Shown: one piece after another, positions 40,729-55,114 of the stretch
Layout of the letters: every line of letters starts with the position of its first letter
How positions within the stretch are numbered: position 1 is the stretch's first letter
Origin: Octopus vulgaris
Taxonomy: Eukaryota
Length of the DNA: 64,000 bases
Direction: 5' to 3'
Assembly: GCA_951406725.2 (NCBI GenBank)
Contig: OX597831.1
Coordinates: 40,982,001 to 41,046,000 of the forward strand
Notes under the pieces: model-generated
Told to the model about the DNA's origin: nothing
Database searches by the model: none
Seen by the model: only the letters and a program-made list of their open reading frames with translations
Translations under genes and position numbers: made by a program

Positions 40729-42015
40729 TTGGATTGTCCGGAAAGTTCGTGCCGATTTATAGTAGCTTCTTACCTTTCGACTTATTTTAGAACATGGTTG
40801 AGTCCATAAAATAGGATTTGACTACACCTCCATTTAGAGCACAGTTTATGCTATCTTTTCGTGGAAGAAGGTTTATGTTCCTATAACCTGTGTTAATTCT
40901 GTAACCCTTTGTTATGGAAGATGAGAAAGATCATTTTCGGCACTTGATGCTTTTCTTTTTCCGTAAAGGGAAAAATACCTCACAAGCAACCAAAGTAATA
41001 TGCGCAGTTTACAGTGATGTTTCTTTATCCGAAACAACTGTACGGAAGTGGTTCGCAAGGTTCCGAGCTGAAGATTGCAGCCTTATTGATAAAGAGCGAT
41101 CAGGCAGACCATCCACTACAGATGATGACCAAATCAAGTCATTAATTGAGAATAAACCACATTGCACAACCCGAGAATTGGCAGAAAGCCTCAACCTATC
41201 AAAATCCGTCGTTCATGAACACCTGGTAAAGCTTGGGTACACAAATCGCTACGATTTTTGGGTACCACATGAGTTGAGTGAGAAGAACCTTTTGGATCGC
41301 ATTTTCATCTGTGATTCGTTTACAAACGGAATGAAAACGCGCCTTTTTTAAAGCAAATTGTGACAGGTGATGAGAAGTGGATTATCTACCGAAATGTTCA
41401 GAGAAAGCGATCCTGGAGTAAGCGACATGAGCCAACCTGAGCCACCCCAAAAGCGGGTCTTCACCCTAAAAAAGTCTTGCTTTGTGTCTGGTGGGATTGG
41501 AAAGGAATTCTGTACTATGAGCTTCTCTCAAGTAACCAGACAATTAATTCTTAGAAATACTGCACACAACTGGACAAGTTAAAAGCAGCAATTCAAGAGA
41601 AACGCCCAGAATTGGCCAACATGAAGGGTGCTGTTTCATAACATTATAATGCAAGACCGCACGTTTCTTTGGGCACCAGACAAAAATTGCTGCAGCTCGG
41701 CTGCGATGTGTTACCCCACCCGCCATATTCACCAGATATTACTTCTTCGGATGTTCACTTATTCAGGTCTCTGCAGAATAGTTTTAATAGGAAAAATTTC
41801 AATTACTTGGATAATGTAAAAAGATACCTTGATGAGTTCTTTGCCATGAAACCACCTCAATTCTGGGAAGAGGGGTATTTTCAAATTAAAGGAAAGATGG
41901 AGACGCATTGTGCAACGAAATTGTTCATATTTGGTCGATTAAAAATGTAATGGCAAGTATTTATTGACCTTTTTCTTTCCTTTAAAAATCGGCACAAACT
42001 TTACAGACAACCCAA
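40729..42015 (+). mobile_element. full-length mariner transposon (~1.29 kb), inactive
   Basis: TIRs TTGGATTGTCCGGAAAGTTCGTGCCGATTT / AAATCGGCACAAACTTTACAGACAACCCAA with TA on both sides. Confidence 0.93.
40914..41950 (+). pseudogene. mariner transposase, frameshifted
   Basis: HTH region, ERSGRP, WVPHEL, IVTGDEKW and HPPYSPDITSSDVHLFRSLQ motifs split across frames with stops. Confidence 0.92.
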
Positions 42016-42829
42016 TACATCATTATGAAAATGTATTCAAATTGGAATTATGACGATTTTATTCTACATTTCAATATTAAACAAATAAAGTTATTGCAGT
42101 GTGCGTTACATAGATATATTTTAATGTTTAATTGCTTCTTTCTCTGTTATAATTAGGAAACTTAAAATAGAAACGAAAAAATATAAACATTAACTACACC
42201 AAAAACCATAAAGTTTTCGAAGAAATGTTGCCATCGCGTCAACGTATTCTTGATATCCCATCCACTAACATGGGTTTCCATCATATAAATTTTGAAAAAC
42301 TGTAAGTACTTATTTTGCCCTGTAAGCTTAGACAAGAGAGCAACCGCCTTCCCACGTCAGTTAAATTATACAAATGGCCTAAATAAATATTAACATGTAC
42401 CAAGTTTTCCACGGGTCGATTAGTATAAATTTTTAAAAGATAATCAACTTTATATGAATACATATACCAATGAATTATATGTAATTTCATCTACAGCACG
42501 TTAAAATATCAATAAGCTCCTGATGTATATAGGGATATTAGAATTATGGATCGGCTATAAATATCAAAATAATCCACGATAGTTTCAAGTGCTCACATCT
42601 GTCGCAGGAGAATTCGAAATTTAACATAGTAATGTCTGGTTCTTTATTTTATCGATCGCGGAAAGCATGAACGTCAAAAGTGACCTGGGCGAAATTTGAA
42701 TACAGAATCTAAGGAGCTGGATTAAATACTACACAGCATTTTCTTGGTGCTAATGATTCTTCTACCTCGCCAATCTTCCACATGACGAAATCGAGCACGT
42801 CAATAAGTTTATATTTCACGAAAACTGTA

Positions 42830-43360
42830 TTTCCAAACGAGGGTAATGCAGAAGTTGAAGTCAAGACCAGAATAAGGAAGGCAGCGTTAGTATTCCAGCG
42901 CCTTCTTTCAATAAGTAAGAAGATAGAGTTGCAGCTATATTCATCTATTGATATACTAACAGTTATCTACGTCTGTGAAACTTGGAAGAAGACCGCGAAG
43001 ACCTGGAAGAATACTGCGAAGATCTCTCGATAACTCGTTGTGTTCAACTCTTAACAGGACAGTGAAAAACAAAGAGGTGACGAGAAGAACAGGCATGGAA
43101 GGCTTACATCACATGGTGACTAAGCGATGGATACGGTCTACTAGCTATGCCCTGCGATAACCGCACGAGGCATGTGTTACCAGTCTATTAACATGATCGA
43201 GTGGATGGCGGAAGGAGGGAAAAGACCGAATGAAAGACCCGGGAAGCAATACGTGAGGCAACATGATACGACATGATAGCGATGGGAGGAAAGCAAACAT
43301 TCGAGATATTTGGGAAAAGGTCCGTTTCCCGTTGTGCTCATAGCGCTGGAGGACCTAAGA
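42830..43360 (+). mobile_element. RTE-like LINE 3' fragment, old
   Basis: GNAEVEVKTRIRKAALVFQRL...KIELQLYSSI..IYVCETWK; degraded downstream. Confidence 0.7.
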
Positions 43361-43960
43361 GGGATCTTTGTGGTTATCATCACTGTCTAAAACTTAGTTC
43401 CAATTGTTTTCAAATTTGGTATATGGATTAAGTTTTGTATACTAATTATGATAACGAAATTCATTTTCCCTATAAATTCATATTTGAAATGTTATTAGCC
43501 TTTAAAATTTGCAAAATTTTGGTATTTTAGCCAATCAGAAGCGAGGATTTTACACATCACCGTGAAGTTCTGTTAGCGTAGTAAGCACCACGTGTTCCAT
43601 AGCTGATTTCAAAGAACTCTGTTTCCATAGTAACCAAAGATGCTGCGCATGCGCACAAAGAGTGTAACTAAATTGAATGTAGCCACCAAACTGAGTTTGA
43701 TCAACAAATTGAGAGTACCTGGGCATCTTTAAAGCATGAAAACAAACGCCGCTGTTGGACACACCGTTCCATGGTTGACTCTTATCTTTGTGAATTTATG
43801 TGAACTTTGAACACCTATAAATATTTTGGCAAAAATTTTTCTGGAATAAATGAATAACAATTCAACGTGAAAAATTACATCCATATGATACACCAAACAA
43901 GTTTTTTTTTAAAGATTTCGATATGCAGTGATAGTAAGCACGAAGATCCTCTAAGAGCTA

Positions 43961-44296
43961 ACTCTTTTATTTCTTTTACTTGCTTCAGTCATTTTGACTG
44001 CGGCCATGCTGGAGCACCGCCTTCAGTCGAACAAATTGACCCCAGGACTTATTCTTTGTAAGCCTAGTACTTTTTTCTATCGGTCTATTTTGCCGAACCG
44101 CTAAGTTACGGGGACGTAAACACACCAGCACTGGTTATCAAGCGATGGTGGGGAGACAGACACAGACACACACGCACACACACACACACACACACGCCCA
44201 CATATACGATGGGCTTCTTCCAGTTTCCGTCTACCAAATCTACTCACAAGGCTTTGGTCGGAACGAGGCTATAGTAGAAGACACATGTCCAAGTTG

Positions 44297-44300
<4 letters not shown>
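43961..44300 (-). mobile_element. SINE family A, head missing
   Basis: Family A homology. Confidence 0.85.
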
Positions 44301-44333
<33 letters not shown>

Positions 44334-44681
44334 TGAAAAAATGACTTTTCTGATCATTTTTCCGCTTTAATAATTAGATGTTTGTAAGTTTACAAAAGAT
44401 GACTCTAATAGGAATGTCCTGCTTAAGAGCGGCCTTCAAACTGATAGTCCGTAGTATCCGTGGGCATCGGGTTGATCATCTTCATGGTTTCATCTCTTCA
44501 GTCGATATAACATTAATCGATGTTTAACACAAGGATGCTCATTCCTTTTGACCAATGCGAAAGTCGACTGAGTTATGTGTGTATTTGGTGGGGAAGCGGG
44601 GAAGGTTATTGAAAGGGAGGACTGGATGGTAGTTAAATGGGGATGGAGGTGTGTGTCCGGGAATAAGGTGCCAATAGAATA

Positions 44682-45207
<526 letters not shown>

Positions 45208-46178
45208 ATAGCAAGCTACTTACCACACAGCCACACCTTAAAAAAAAAAGGGTTTTTTAAAATCCTGGGTTCGATTTCTTTGACTAAAATACCCTTTAAG
45301 GTGGTGTCCCAGCATGGCCGCAGTCTAATAATTGAAACGAGTAAAGAATAAACGATTGGCTTGAAGGGAAAAAGTAGTTTCACAAACAGAACATTTATTT
45401 TCATTGTTGGCCACAAGTAACAATATTATCTTCCTTGCTCTGTTGTATTTTAATTTGTTGCTCTTCTTTTATTCCTAGTTTCATCCAATATTCTTTTAAT
45501 CCATCGTTCTGGCAGTGTTCATCTTTATTGGTTGCTGTTATCTCATTCATTCTTATTCTATTCCAAATTGCTTCGGTTTACCACATCACGTCTCATGAGA
45601 ACGTAGTTACTCAAGGTCATTCTTTTATATTCTGTCGTTCATGCTGTTAAAGCCTTCAGTCTTGTTTTCTTTTTCTTGTTGTTGTTTTTTTTATTGTTTT
45701 CATGTATTGCTTGCTAATTTTTTTTCTCCCTGTTTTTGCCTTTTGTGCAGAAAATATTTGTTGGAGATTTAATGTTCCCGGATTGCATGGCGGTAAAAGT
45801 CAATGTCAAACTTGCCGGCACTCTATACTAAGGCTTTTTATCATGGATTTTCTCACCATGATCTTATACTTTTACATAACAAGTAATATCCTACAAAACC
45901 TACTCACTGAACCAGCCTTTTTTCTGTTCTTACCTTTGTTTTTCCTTTGTTTTTATTTTGTTTTCTTTCTTTCTTTTGGTTTTGTTTATATTTTGGTGTT
46001 AAATAGGATTTGCCAATATTCCTTGGAGAGAAACTTGCATCAAATTTTCTTTCAAGTCTCCTCCTAAAATCATTAGTTCTGTACGTATGTGTGTACGCAT
46101 ACACATGCGCGCGCATTCACACATGCATAAAGGTGTATGAACGTGTATGCGTGCATTGATGGCGAACGTGTATGTATG

Positions 46179-46222
<44 letters not shown>

Positions 46223-46685
46223 TATATTCATACATGTACGCACATGCATACATATGTGTGTGTATGCATGCATATCAATAGTTGATAGTCTACTCAGAGT
46301 TTGGCGCCGAGCTGGGTTGTCCATGACTCTCTGCTAAAGGCCTATCGACTTAAACATCTTTTTTTAACCACTCTGCCCACTCACTGTATTGAGTTTTATC
46401 TTAGATATTCTTTGAACCACGAAAACTATTTTTTTGAAATGCCTGCTTTTTTACAATATCTATATTTTACGGTGTACACACATACACACATACATGCACA
46501 CATACATATATATACATACATAAAGTGAAGTCAAAACAAGTAATGATATTTTGAATACATTTAATATGTACGTCTCATAAAATTGCGCAACAGATACGCA
46601 GAATCTTCCTCAGTTGTTGTTGGCGTTGTATGTGTGTGTTGATGTGAGTACATATATATGTGTGTGTGTGTGTATGTATATATAT

Positions 46686-47123
46686 AGGCGAAGGAGTGGC
46701 TGTGTGGTAAGTAGCTTGCTTACCAACCACATGGTTTCGAGTTCAGTCCCACTGCGTGGTACCTTGGGCAAGTGTCTTCTACTATAGCCTCGGGCCGACC
46801 AAAGCCATGTGAGTGGATTTGGTAGACGGAAACTGAAAGAAGCCCGTCGTATATATGTATGTATATATATTTATATATATATGTGTGGATGTGTGTGTGT
46901 GTGTGTGTGTATTTGTGCGTCTGTGTTTGCCCCCCCCCCCCCCAACCATCGCTTGACAAACGATGGTGGTATGTTTACGTCCCCGTAACTTAGCGGTTCG
47001 GTAAAAGAGCCCGATAGAATAAGTACTATGCTTACAAAGAATAGTCCTGTCATCGATTTGCTCGGCTAAATAAAGGCGGTGCAGCAGCATGGCCACAGTC
47101 AAATGACTGAAACAAGTAAAAGA

Positions 47124-47124
<1 letters not shown>
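46686..47124 (+). mobile_element. SINE family A, full length
   Basis: AGGCGAAGGAGTGGCTGTGTGG...ACAAGTAAAAGAG on the plus strand. Confidence 0.9.
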
Positions 47125-47190
<66 letters not shown>

Positions 47191-47300
47191 AGGAAAAAAC
47201 TTTTGATAAGCATAACAAATGCGCAACCGGTAAGAAGAACTTTCACCTAATTAAATTACTTAAATTACTTAAATTATTTTGTCAGCATTTTCTTCATTTC

Positions 47301-47343
<43 letters not shown>

Positions 47344-47756
47344 GAGTTAAATAGGATGTTTTCTTCCTTCATTCTCTGTTTCTGTATCATTTACCTCATT
47401 CTTTCTTCTTTTGTCGGGACTTTTCCCAGATCATCCGATGAAGTGCCACACCCGAAATATTATACATTTACTCTTAAACTTTATAACTTTTTCTTCGAGT
47501 ATCATACTAATAATGTTCACTGTGAATGTCCATTGAACTTTTTTGTGTGCGTGTGTGTATGTGTGTGCGTGCGTTCCTGTGTGCCTGTGTGCGCATAAAT
47601 GTGCATATATATATATATATATATAATTAATTAATAAGGGTGAGAGAATTAGATACTAATTTTATAGTATACCTATTCAACACCAAGTGGCCCAGTGCCC
47701 CGAGAAACCTGGATTATTATAATATTTTATAACATATTATAATATTTCATACAAAA

Positions 47757-48039
47757 ATAAATATAAGAGAGTGGTCACTATGTGGCTCACTCTAGCACTA
47801 GTAAATCCCAAAGGTTTCAACCACAAAAATACATGTTTCCCATGAAAGTCAGTACGATTGTTAGCTCACACGAACAGGGCAAATAAAAAATAACAAAAAT
47901 GATTATTTTTTATTTGCCCTGTTCGTGTGAGCTAACAATCGTACTGACTTTCATGGGAAACATGTATTTTTGTGGTTGAAACCTTTGGGATTTACTAGTG
48001 CTAGAGTGAGCCACATAGTGACCACTCTCTTATATTTAT
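47757..48039. repeat. essentially perfect palindrome (~135-bp arms, ~10-nt loop)
   Basis: ataaatataagagagtggtcactatgtggctcactctagc...gggcaaataaaaaataa followed by its reverse complement. Confidence 0.92.
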
Positions 48040-48049
48040 AACTAAAAGG

Positions 48050-48570
48050 GCCACGAATCTACACCCTGAAGCGCAGACGGGAAAGATATTCAAGGAGAAA
48101 TGCATAGATGGAACAGCTGAGCTACTGGGGGAAACTAAAAGGGCCACGAATCTACACCCTGAAGCGCAGACGGGAAAGATACTCAGTGATATAAGTATGG
48201 AAGATCCTGAAGGGGCTAGCACCAAGCTTTGATATCAAGAGTTATACCCCGAACTAATCGTCACTGCACTGTGCTCGAGTGAGTACCATGTACTGCAATA
48301 GCTTAGGATTCAAGGGCCCACAGCTATTTAACGCATTGCCAAAACCTCTGAGGAATCTTCATGGAGTAGGGGTAGATGCTTTCAAGAAACAACTTGAACT
48401 CCTGCTGCCCGAGGTCCCATATGAACCTATAGCAAAGCAGGTAACTCAAAAGAGAGCAGCAGTGTCCAACTTCCTCCTTCGCCAAAAGTCATTGAAAAGG
48501 TGATTACATTGGTGGTGCTCCAGCATGGCCCCAGCCTTAGTTCTGTATCATATAAAAGAATAAAAGAATA
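48050..48570 (+). mobile_element. CR1/Jockey-group LINE 3' end whose tail matches the SINE A tail
   Basis: NSLGFKGPQLFNALPKPLRNLHGVGVDAFKKQLELLLPEVPYEP, then GGTGGTGCTCCAGCATGGCCCCAG...TAAAAGAATAAAAGAATA. Confidence 0.8.
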
Positions 48571-48849
48571 TATAATATATATGTATATCTATACACATAC
48601 ACACATATATATATGTACATATATATTATATGAATCTTTTCCCTTTCAACGGCAGATCGAGGAATTTTTTGTAACCAATCACTTTCAAACTTCACACACT
48701 GGTAGAATGTATCATATAAAACATCTTTTACTCTTAGTGTTGGTGAGAAAAGTTTCTATTTTCAAAGTTATTTCGTGTTAAAATTGTATTTCGGTAATTT
48801 CAACCAATCAATGACGTGTATTCAGCTGAATACAATTTCTGCTGCTCTT

Positions 48850-49592
48850 GTTTAATATACTTTTTGCTGGCTTAGTGGGTGATGTATCCTCCTTATCATC
48901 ATCATAATTAGGGAAGTTATATGCCCCCTTTGAGATTGAGTGCAGTTCCTTACTCTGTTCGTATTGCTTTACCAGCTGTATCATCCAGTTGGTGTTACAC
49001 TTGGAGTCCTTTCGTGGTCGTTTTCTAGGACGTTTCAATCTGGATTAAATCCCTGCCGCCTTCCTTTCATAGGAGATAGAGCCTGTAGACGTCTGATTTG
49101 GGGTGGTGCATCTTGTTTAATGTCAGCAGTTTCCTGGTTTTTATGTCCATACGCTGAAGACCACTAAGATTCCAATTGATGACATTAAGGCTATGCTCAA
49201 CAACTGGTACGGCCAGAGCGCTTATAGCTGCACTTCTATTCTGAGAATTCAGCATAGTATTCAGGACTGTACTGGCACATCTATAATACTCTTTCCTGAT
49301 CTTCTCTTTCATTGACCCGTGTTGAACCCGTTTTCTTTCCAGTATCCCAAAATACTTATAAAAGCCTTCTTGGTCCAGGTCCTTGATAGATGTATAATAA
49401 TCAAGTTGGGTCGTAGTATTAGCTATCTGTTTACCACGTTTGAACGAAGCGTTTGCACAATTTTCTAGGCTAAATTCCATATTGATATCATCACTGAATT
49501 TTTTCGCAGTTACTAATATCCCTTTCAGATCCTTGTTATCTTTTGCATATTATTTCAGATCATCCATGTAGAGAAAGTGTGAGATTATCTTG
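48850..49592 (-). mobile_element. R4/Dong-clade LINE RT fragment
   Basis: ISHFLYMDDLK, YKYFGILE, MKEKIRKEYYR, AISALAVPVV..S..VINW, MDIKTRKLLTLNKMHHPKSDVYRLY; abuts (ATT)n. Confidence 0.82.
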
Positions 49593-49601
49593 TGAAACTT
49601 A

Positions 49602-49759
<158 letters not shown>

Positions 49760-50361
49760 TCATCATCATCATCATTATTATTATTATTATTATTATTGAG
49801 TGAGTGAGAGAGCAGTGCTTGCCATCAAAGTGACACTGGGGTAAAATGACTACCCGTCTGATAAGTATACCCATCATGACTACCCGTCTGATAAGGGTAC
49901 ACTAAGCACATGCATCACAACCATATGTGCGCGACATGGTGATCTCATATCAAGATAAACAGCGCATGACCTTGCAGGTGGGGGCCCAGATAGAATTTTC
50001 TTCTGGTCGAGTAATACATCTTGCTCAAAAGGTCCCTGAATAAGGGTTGTTTAAGGATGTTGAACGAAACACCCATGTTTCCAAAGGTGAATCATTCAAC
50101 TCTCAAAGAATTTCTCTCAACACATGGCTATGATGCTCCCCCCACTACTTCTGCTTGTGATTTGAGATGCACATATCATCAGCCACCAAGCGATATGCTC
50201 ATCTGGTTAAGGTCAAACAACCGACAAGCAAATCTGTTGTATTGAGCAGAGTATTTGCTATAGCACATCTTTTATACCAATTTGAAACACGTACATGATA
50301 ACACTTCCAATCAGTTAAGATCAGAAGCCTTGAAAGCCAGTGCCTGCTACGGCACTAGGGC

Positions 50362-50429
<68 letters not shown>

Positions 50430-50431
<2 letters not shown>

Positions 50432-50721
50432 TAGTTTAATTTTTTATAGCGTGCTTTCACTTCACTACCGGGCGCAGCTCTGTGTGCCTTGGGTATGTGC
50501 TGTGATTTGTTGTGATGCTCTGATGGTTATTGTATGGAAAGTGTTCTGCGTAGGATGTGTGCAGTGCCTAGTAGTGCAATTTTCTGTATGTTATATGTGT
50601 TTGTAAGTCCTGGTGTTTTTGTTATGTATTAGTCTGAATATTTTTTTATCATGCCTAATGCACCTACTATGATAGGAATTGTTTCTGTTTTTAGATTCCA
50701 CATTCTGGTTACCTCCATTTC

Positions 50722-50722
<1 letters not shown>
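50430..50722 (-). mobile_element. R4/Dong-clade LINE 3' end in (TAA)n
   Basis: EVTRMWNLKTETIPIIVGALGMI...NIQKIALLGTAHILRRTL (C-terminus of the restriction-like endonuclease domain), flanked by (ATT)n on both sides. Confidence 0.8.
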
Positions 50723-50807
<85 letters not shown>

Positions 50808-50808
<1 letters not shown>

Positions 50809-51036
50809 GTCATAGAAAAAGTGAAAGAAAGAGAGAGGAAAAGGAAAGAAAAAAGTAAACAAAAAATGGAGGGGAAAAGAGGATAGAAAATTCATAGCGA
50901 CAATGCTCTTCTCAATACCTGTGATAGTTAAGACAATCTTTTGCACTTCCTGCATGGATGGTAAACCAGAGGTCAGCCTCAAATAATTTTCAGTTCCTTT
51001 TGTGATCATTCCAAAGGTTCCTACAATCAATGGTAT
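50808..51036 (-). mobile_element. second R4/Dong-like 3' end in a (TAA)n/(TAG)n tract
   Basis: IVGTFGMITKGTENYLRLTSGLPSMQEVQKIVL, then 3' UTR and (TAA)n. Confidence 0.7.
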
Positions 51037-51041
51037 AATAA

Positions 51042-51112
<71 letters not shown>

Positions 51113-51126
51113 ATAATAATAATTAC

Positions 51127-51173
<47 letters not shown>

Positions 51174-51381
51174 GGGCGGTGAGCTGGCAGAATCGTTAGC
51201 ACGCTGGACGAAATGCTTAGCGGTATTTCGCCCGACGCTCCGTTCTGAGTTCCGCCGGGGTCGACTTTGCCTTTCATCCTTTCGAGATCGATAAAACAAG
51301 TACCAACTGAATACTGGGGTCAAGGCAATCGACTCATCCCTCCCCCAAATGGCTACACTTATGGCAAAATTTGAAACCAAT
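51174..51381 (+). mobile_element. SINE family C (Meta-domain-like)
   Basis: GGCGGTGAGCTGGCAGAATCGTTAGCACG head and GCCTTTCATCCTTTCGAGATCGATAAAACAAGTACC domain; lies in (ATT)n. Confidence 0.8.
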
Positions 51382-51397
51382 TTAATAATAATAATTA

Positions 51398-51454
<57 letters not shown>

Positions 51455-51793
51455 TCGTATCTATGACAAATTTTTCCATTGTTTATCAAATCATTCAAGA
51501 AAAATGAAAGCAAAAAACAAGTGGTTTGAGAATTAGGGATTGTGTTCTGAGAAGAGAAATAAAAACAAAATCAGAACATCTCAATATACTGTTTGAACTA
51601 TTCACATAAAATTTCCCACAGGAATCGCGACGACACGGTTTGTGTCTTGATTGACACATATATAAACACTTGAACACTGAATAACATCAGTCACATATGC
51701 ATACATACATGCATACATACATACATACATACATACATACATACATACATACATACATACATACATACATACATACATACATACATGTGTGTG

Positions 51794-51824
<31 letters not shown>

Positions 51825-51962
51825 GATTAGTTGTAGGACTCAGTAGAACCTAGGTGCATCAACATGTAGGACGCCAGAATTGGTTAGGTACCATGACAGT
51901 GAGTTAACTGTAAGCTAAGACAACCATTAAGTGTCGTTTGTTCGTAGAACACTGCAGGTACA

Positions 51963-52029
<67 letters not shown>

Positions 52030-52082
52030 CCATTTTTTGTATCACCTAACTGTCTGGATGTTTTGAGTTCTTGTCCCATTCT

Positions 52083-52145
<63 letters not shown>

Positions 52146-52237
52146 TTAGAGACAAAACCACTATTATGCAAATCAAACAAAGAAAGACTTAATCCAATAC
52201 ATAAAAAATTTTATATAATTAAATAAAATTAAGTTAT

Positions 52238-52283
52238 CCACTACAATTGTTTCTTGTCACTTCTAAGGACATTCATCAGGTGG
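52238..52283 (-). ncRNA. type I hammerhead ribozyme, canonical core
   Basis: Minus strand CCAC-CTGATGA-A-TGTC-cttagaagt-GACA-A-GAAAC-AATT-GTA-GTGG; stem I CCAC/GTGG, palindromic loop III, GUA triplet. Confidence 0.75.
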
Positions 52284-52293
52284 TTTTCAGACC

Positions 52294-52335
<42 letters not shown>

Positions 52336-52336
<1 letters not shown>

Positions 52337-54077
52337 AGATAGTCAATAAAGCCTGCAAACAATCACCAGGCAAATATATAAATATCCAAACGCCAGAAGA
52401 CTTAACTTTAAGACCCATTGTAGCTGGGCCAGCCTGTGAAACCCACCGCCTAAGCAATTTTCTAGACATCCTACTGGAACGCTTGCTGAAATACATCAAA
52501 CGTTTCATTAGAGATAATTTAGACATGCTAGAACACCTACCAAAAGCAATTAATGAAGAGGCAATATTGGTTACCCTCGATGTTAGCAATCTTTACACCA
52601 ACATCCCCAATGACTATGGAATAAAAGCAATTAAATTCTGGTTGGAAAATTACCACGAAGTACACCTGGAACGCATAAACCAGATCTTTATTATTGAATC
52701 CTTAAAATTTATACTTCAGAACAATTATTTCCTATTTGATGACACATACTATCGTCAGAAATACGGAATTGCGATGGAAACGAAAACAGCCCCTGTTCTT
52801 GCGAACCTAATAGTGGGTTATTTTGAATTCACCTTAAATGAAGTATCACTTCAGAAATATGATTTTGCCTCTACATAAGAGAAAATTGGAAAAGATACCT
52901 GGACGACTGTTTTATCATTTGGAAGGTGAACATCGACAAACTTTTGGATTTCAAATCAACACTAAATGATATGCATAGTAACATTCAATTCACAATTGAA
53001 TATAACAAAGAACAACTCCCATTTTTAGACATCATGATAAAAAAAGTCAACAATCAAATCATAACTGATATCTATTATAAACCAACGGATTCAAAACAAT
53101 ATCTCCTCTTTAACGCATGCCACCCGAAACACATCAAAATAAATATCCCTTTCAATTTGACAAAAAGGATTTGTACAATAGTGTCTGATAGAACAACTGG
53201 GGACTTTCGTCTTCAAGACCTCAGAACAACGCATATTGAAAGAGAATATCCACCCTCACTTATCGACGAGGGAATTAAACGTGCCAAAAAATTAGACACA
53301 AAAACACTAAGAACAACAAAACGTAACCCCACACCTCATCTCAAAACATTACTATTTATATCAACACACAACCCCAGAAACAGCGAGGCATTCAACACTA
53401 TCGTGCAAAATCTTCCTTTACTAACTAGAGATCCAAAAATGAACGACATCCTGAAAACACACAAACCCATCAAATGTAAAAAGCAAGACAAATCGCCAAA
53501 GAGACTACTAAAAAATGCGAAGCTTTACAAAACAACCACGAAACCAACAGTTGAAAAATGTGGACGCCCAAACTGTGGAACTGGCCCCAACCTACTTGAA
53601 AGCTCGGATTTCCTTTTCAAACAAGATCAGAGGTTTACAATTAAAACTAGTTTCAGTTGTGCCTCTGAGAACCTAATTTATGTAATAACCTGCTCGGGTT
53701 GCGGACACAACTATATTGGACAGACGAGTATGACACTGAGAAAGAGAACCACTCTACATAAAGAGCAAATATGTTTCCCGCAATACAGGCAAATTCCTCT
53801 CAGTGAACATATAGAAAAATGTACAGATAATATCAAACCAAATTTCACAGTCTTCCCCTTCTACCAGTGCAAAGAGACAATCTCTCCACAAGAACGTTTA
53901 AATAAAAAGAAACTTGTTTCATTGAAAAATACAGAACACTTCAAAAACAACTCAATAGCCACAGTTGTTTTTTACTCTTATTTCTAGCATTACTGTTGCT
54001 GATGAGTGCCCTTTGTTACTTTAGTGATGTATATATTTCTGCCATTAGGTTGTAAAACTGCGAATTAGCCATCTTTA

Positions 54078-54078
<1 letters not shown>
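52336..54078 (+). mobile_element. Penelope-like element (second family), 5'-truncated and frameshifted
   Basis: RPIVAGPACETHRLSNFLDILL, TLDVSNLYTNIP, GIAMETKTAPVLANL, frameshift near 52870, WKRYLDDCFIIW, LPFLDI, YYKPTD, CGRPNC, NLIYVITCSGCGHNYIGQT. CTGATGAG remnant at about 53999. Confidence 0.9.
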
Positions 54079-54115
<37 letters not shown>

Positions 54116-54238
54116 CTGTGTGTGTGTGCGTCTGTGTGTGTGTGTGTGCGCGCGCGTCTGTGTGTGTGTGTGTGTGTCTAAGAGACCATACGTCAGTGGA
54201 ATGGTTATATTATCCGAAACGTTTTAAATATACATCAC

Positions 54239-54429
54239 AGCTGATCTTATCAATCGATTTCGAGTAAAGAATACAATGGAGTGTTAGGTAGCAGCCCAAA
54301 TATATTACTTTACCAGTCGCCATAGTTCCTTCCATATCGGCTAACTCTGATGGGCATAAAGTTATAAATCGGATTGTTACCTAACACTTCATTGTATTAT
54401 TTACTCGAAACCGATTGGTAAGATCAGCT
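54239..54429. repeat. inverted repeat (~55-bp arms) overlapping a degenerate long-stem-II hammerhead (54345-54422)
   Basis: agctgatcttatcaatcgatttcgagtaaa / tttactcgaaaccgattggtaagatcagct; CTGATGG...GAAACCGATTGGTA. Confidence 0.75.
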
Positions 54430-54500
54430 ATGATCGTGACGAATTATATATATATATATACATACATACATACATACATACATACATACATACATACATA

Positions 54501-55055
54501 CATGGCGGCTGCCCCCTCGTTATCGAGTATGGCCATTGCACGAAGCTTAATCAATGTTGTTATCGTGCAATGCCTGTGCAAGAAGATTTTTTTAAAGTGA
54601 GGAAAGGCTGTGCACTGAGTCAATCCCACTCACTAAGCAACAGCAGCCATAATCCGAAAAGAAGAACAAGTCAACATCATCGGTAACCACTGAGCCGCAG
54701 GTTTTATGTCGGAGTTACCTGAGTTACCTTCTCCTAGGGGGATACCCTAACAAAGGCTAGGAGTCCTTCACTCCTTCACTCCCAATGGTTTAACCGCGCA
54801 ATCGGGTATTCAGTCCGATTATTTCTATGTACCCGCGCATGATACATCCTTAAGACATTTATTGGATGGCCGTTGACTCTCAAGAGTTCCTCCGCCCTTT
54901 GACGGGATTTGCTTTTCATCCTGCAAGGGTGTCCAATAAACACCCTCCTCACGAAGCAAGCTTGGTGAAGTTGCCGGTTTAGTTGCCAACGACCCAATCA
55001 TGCAATAGGTTGTACTGGGTTACATGTTACCAGTAGCACTCGAAAGTGACCTGAC
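54501..55055 (-). mobile_element. probable non-autonomous RTE-derived element
   Basis: Unique ~550-bp block between microsatellites. Its minus-strand end (ATGGCCATACTCGATAACGAGGGGGCAGCC) resembles RTE-type tails; family assignment is from resemblance only. Confidence 0.4.
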
Positions 55056-55114
55056 ACACACATACATACATATAATCAATCATTCATTCAATCAATCAAT
55101 CAATCAATCGCAAT

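Noticed and set aside
52135-52296. Inverted 5' pLTR belonging to the adjacent PLE at 52336
   Set aside because: No visible homology to that element's 3' end, and it is separated by (TA)n, so it is treated as an independent module.
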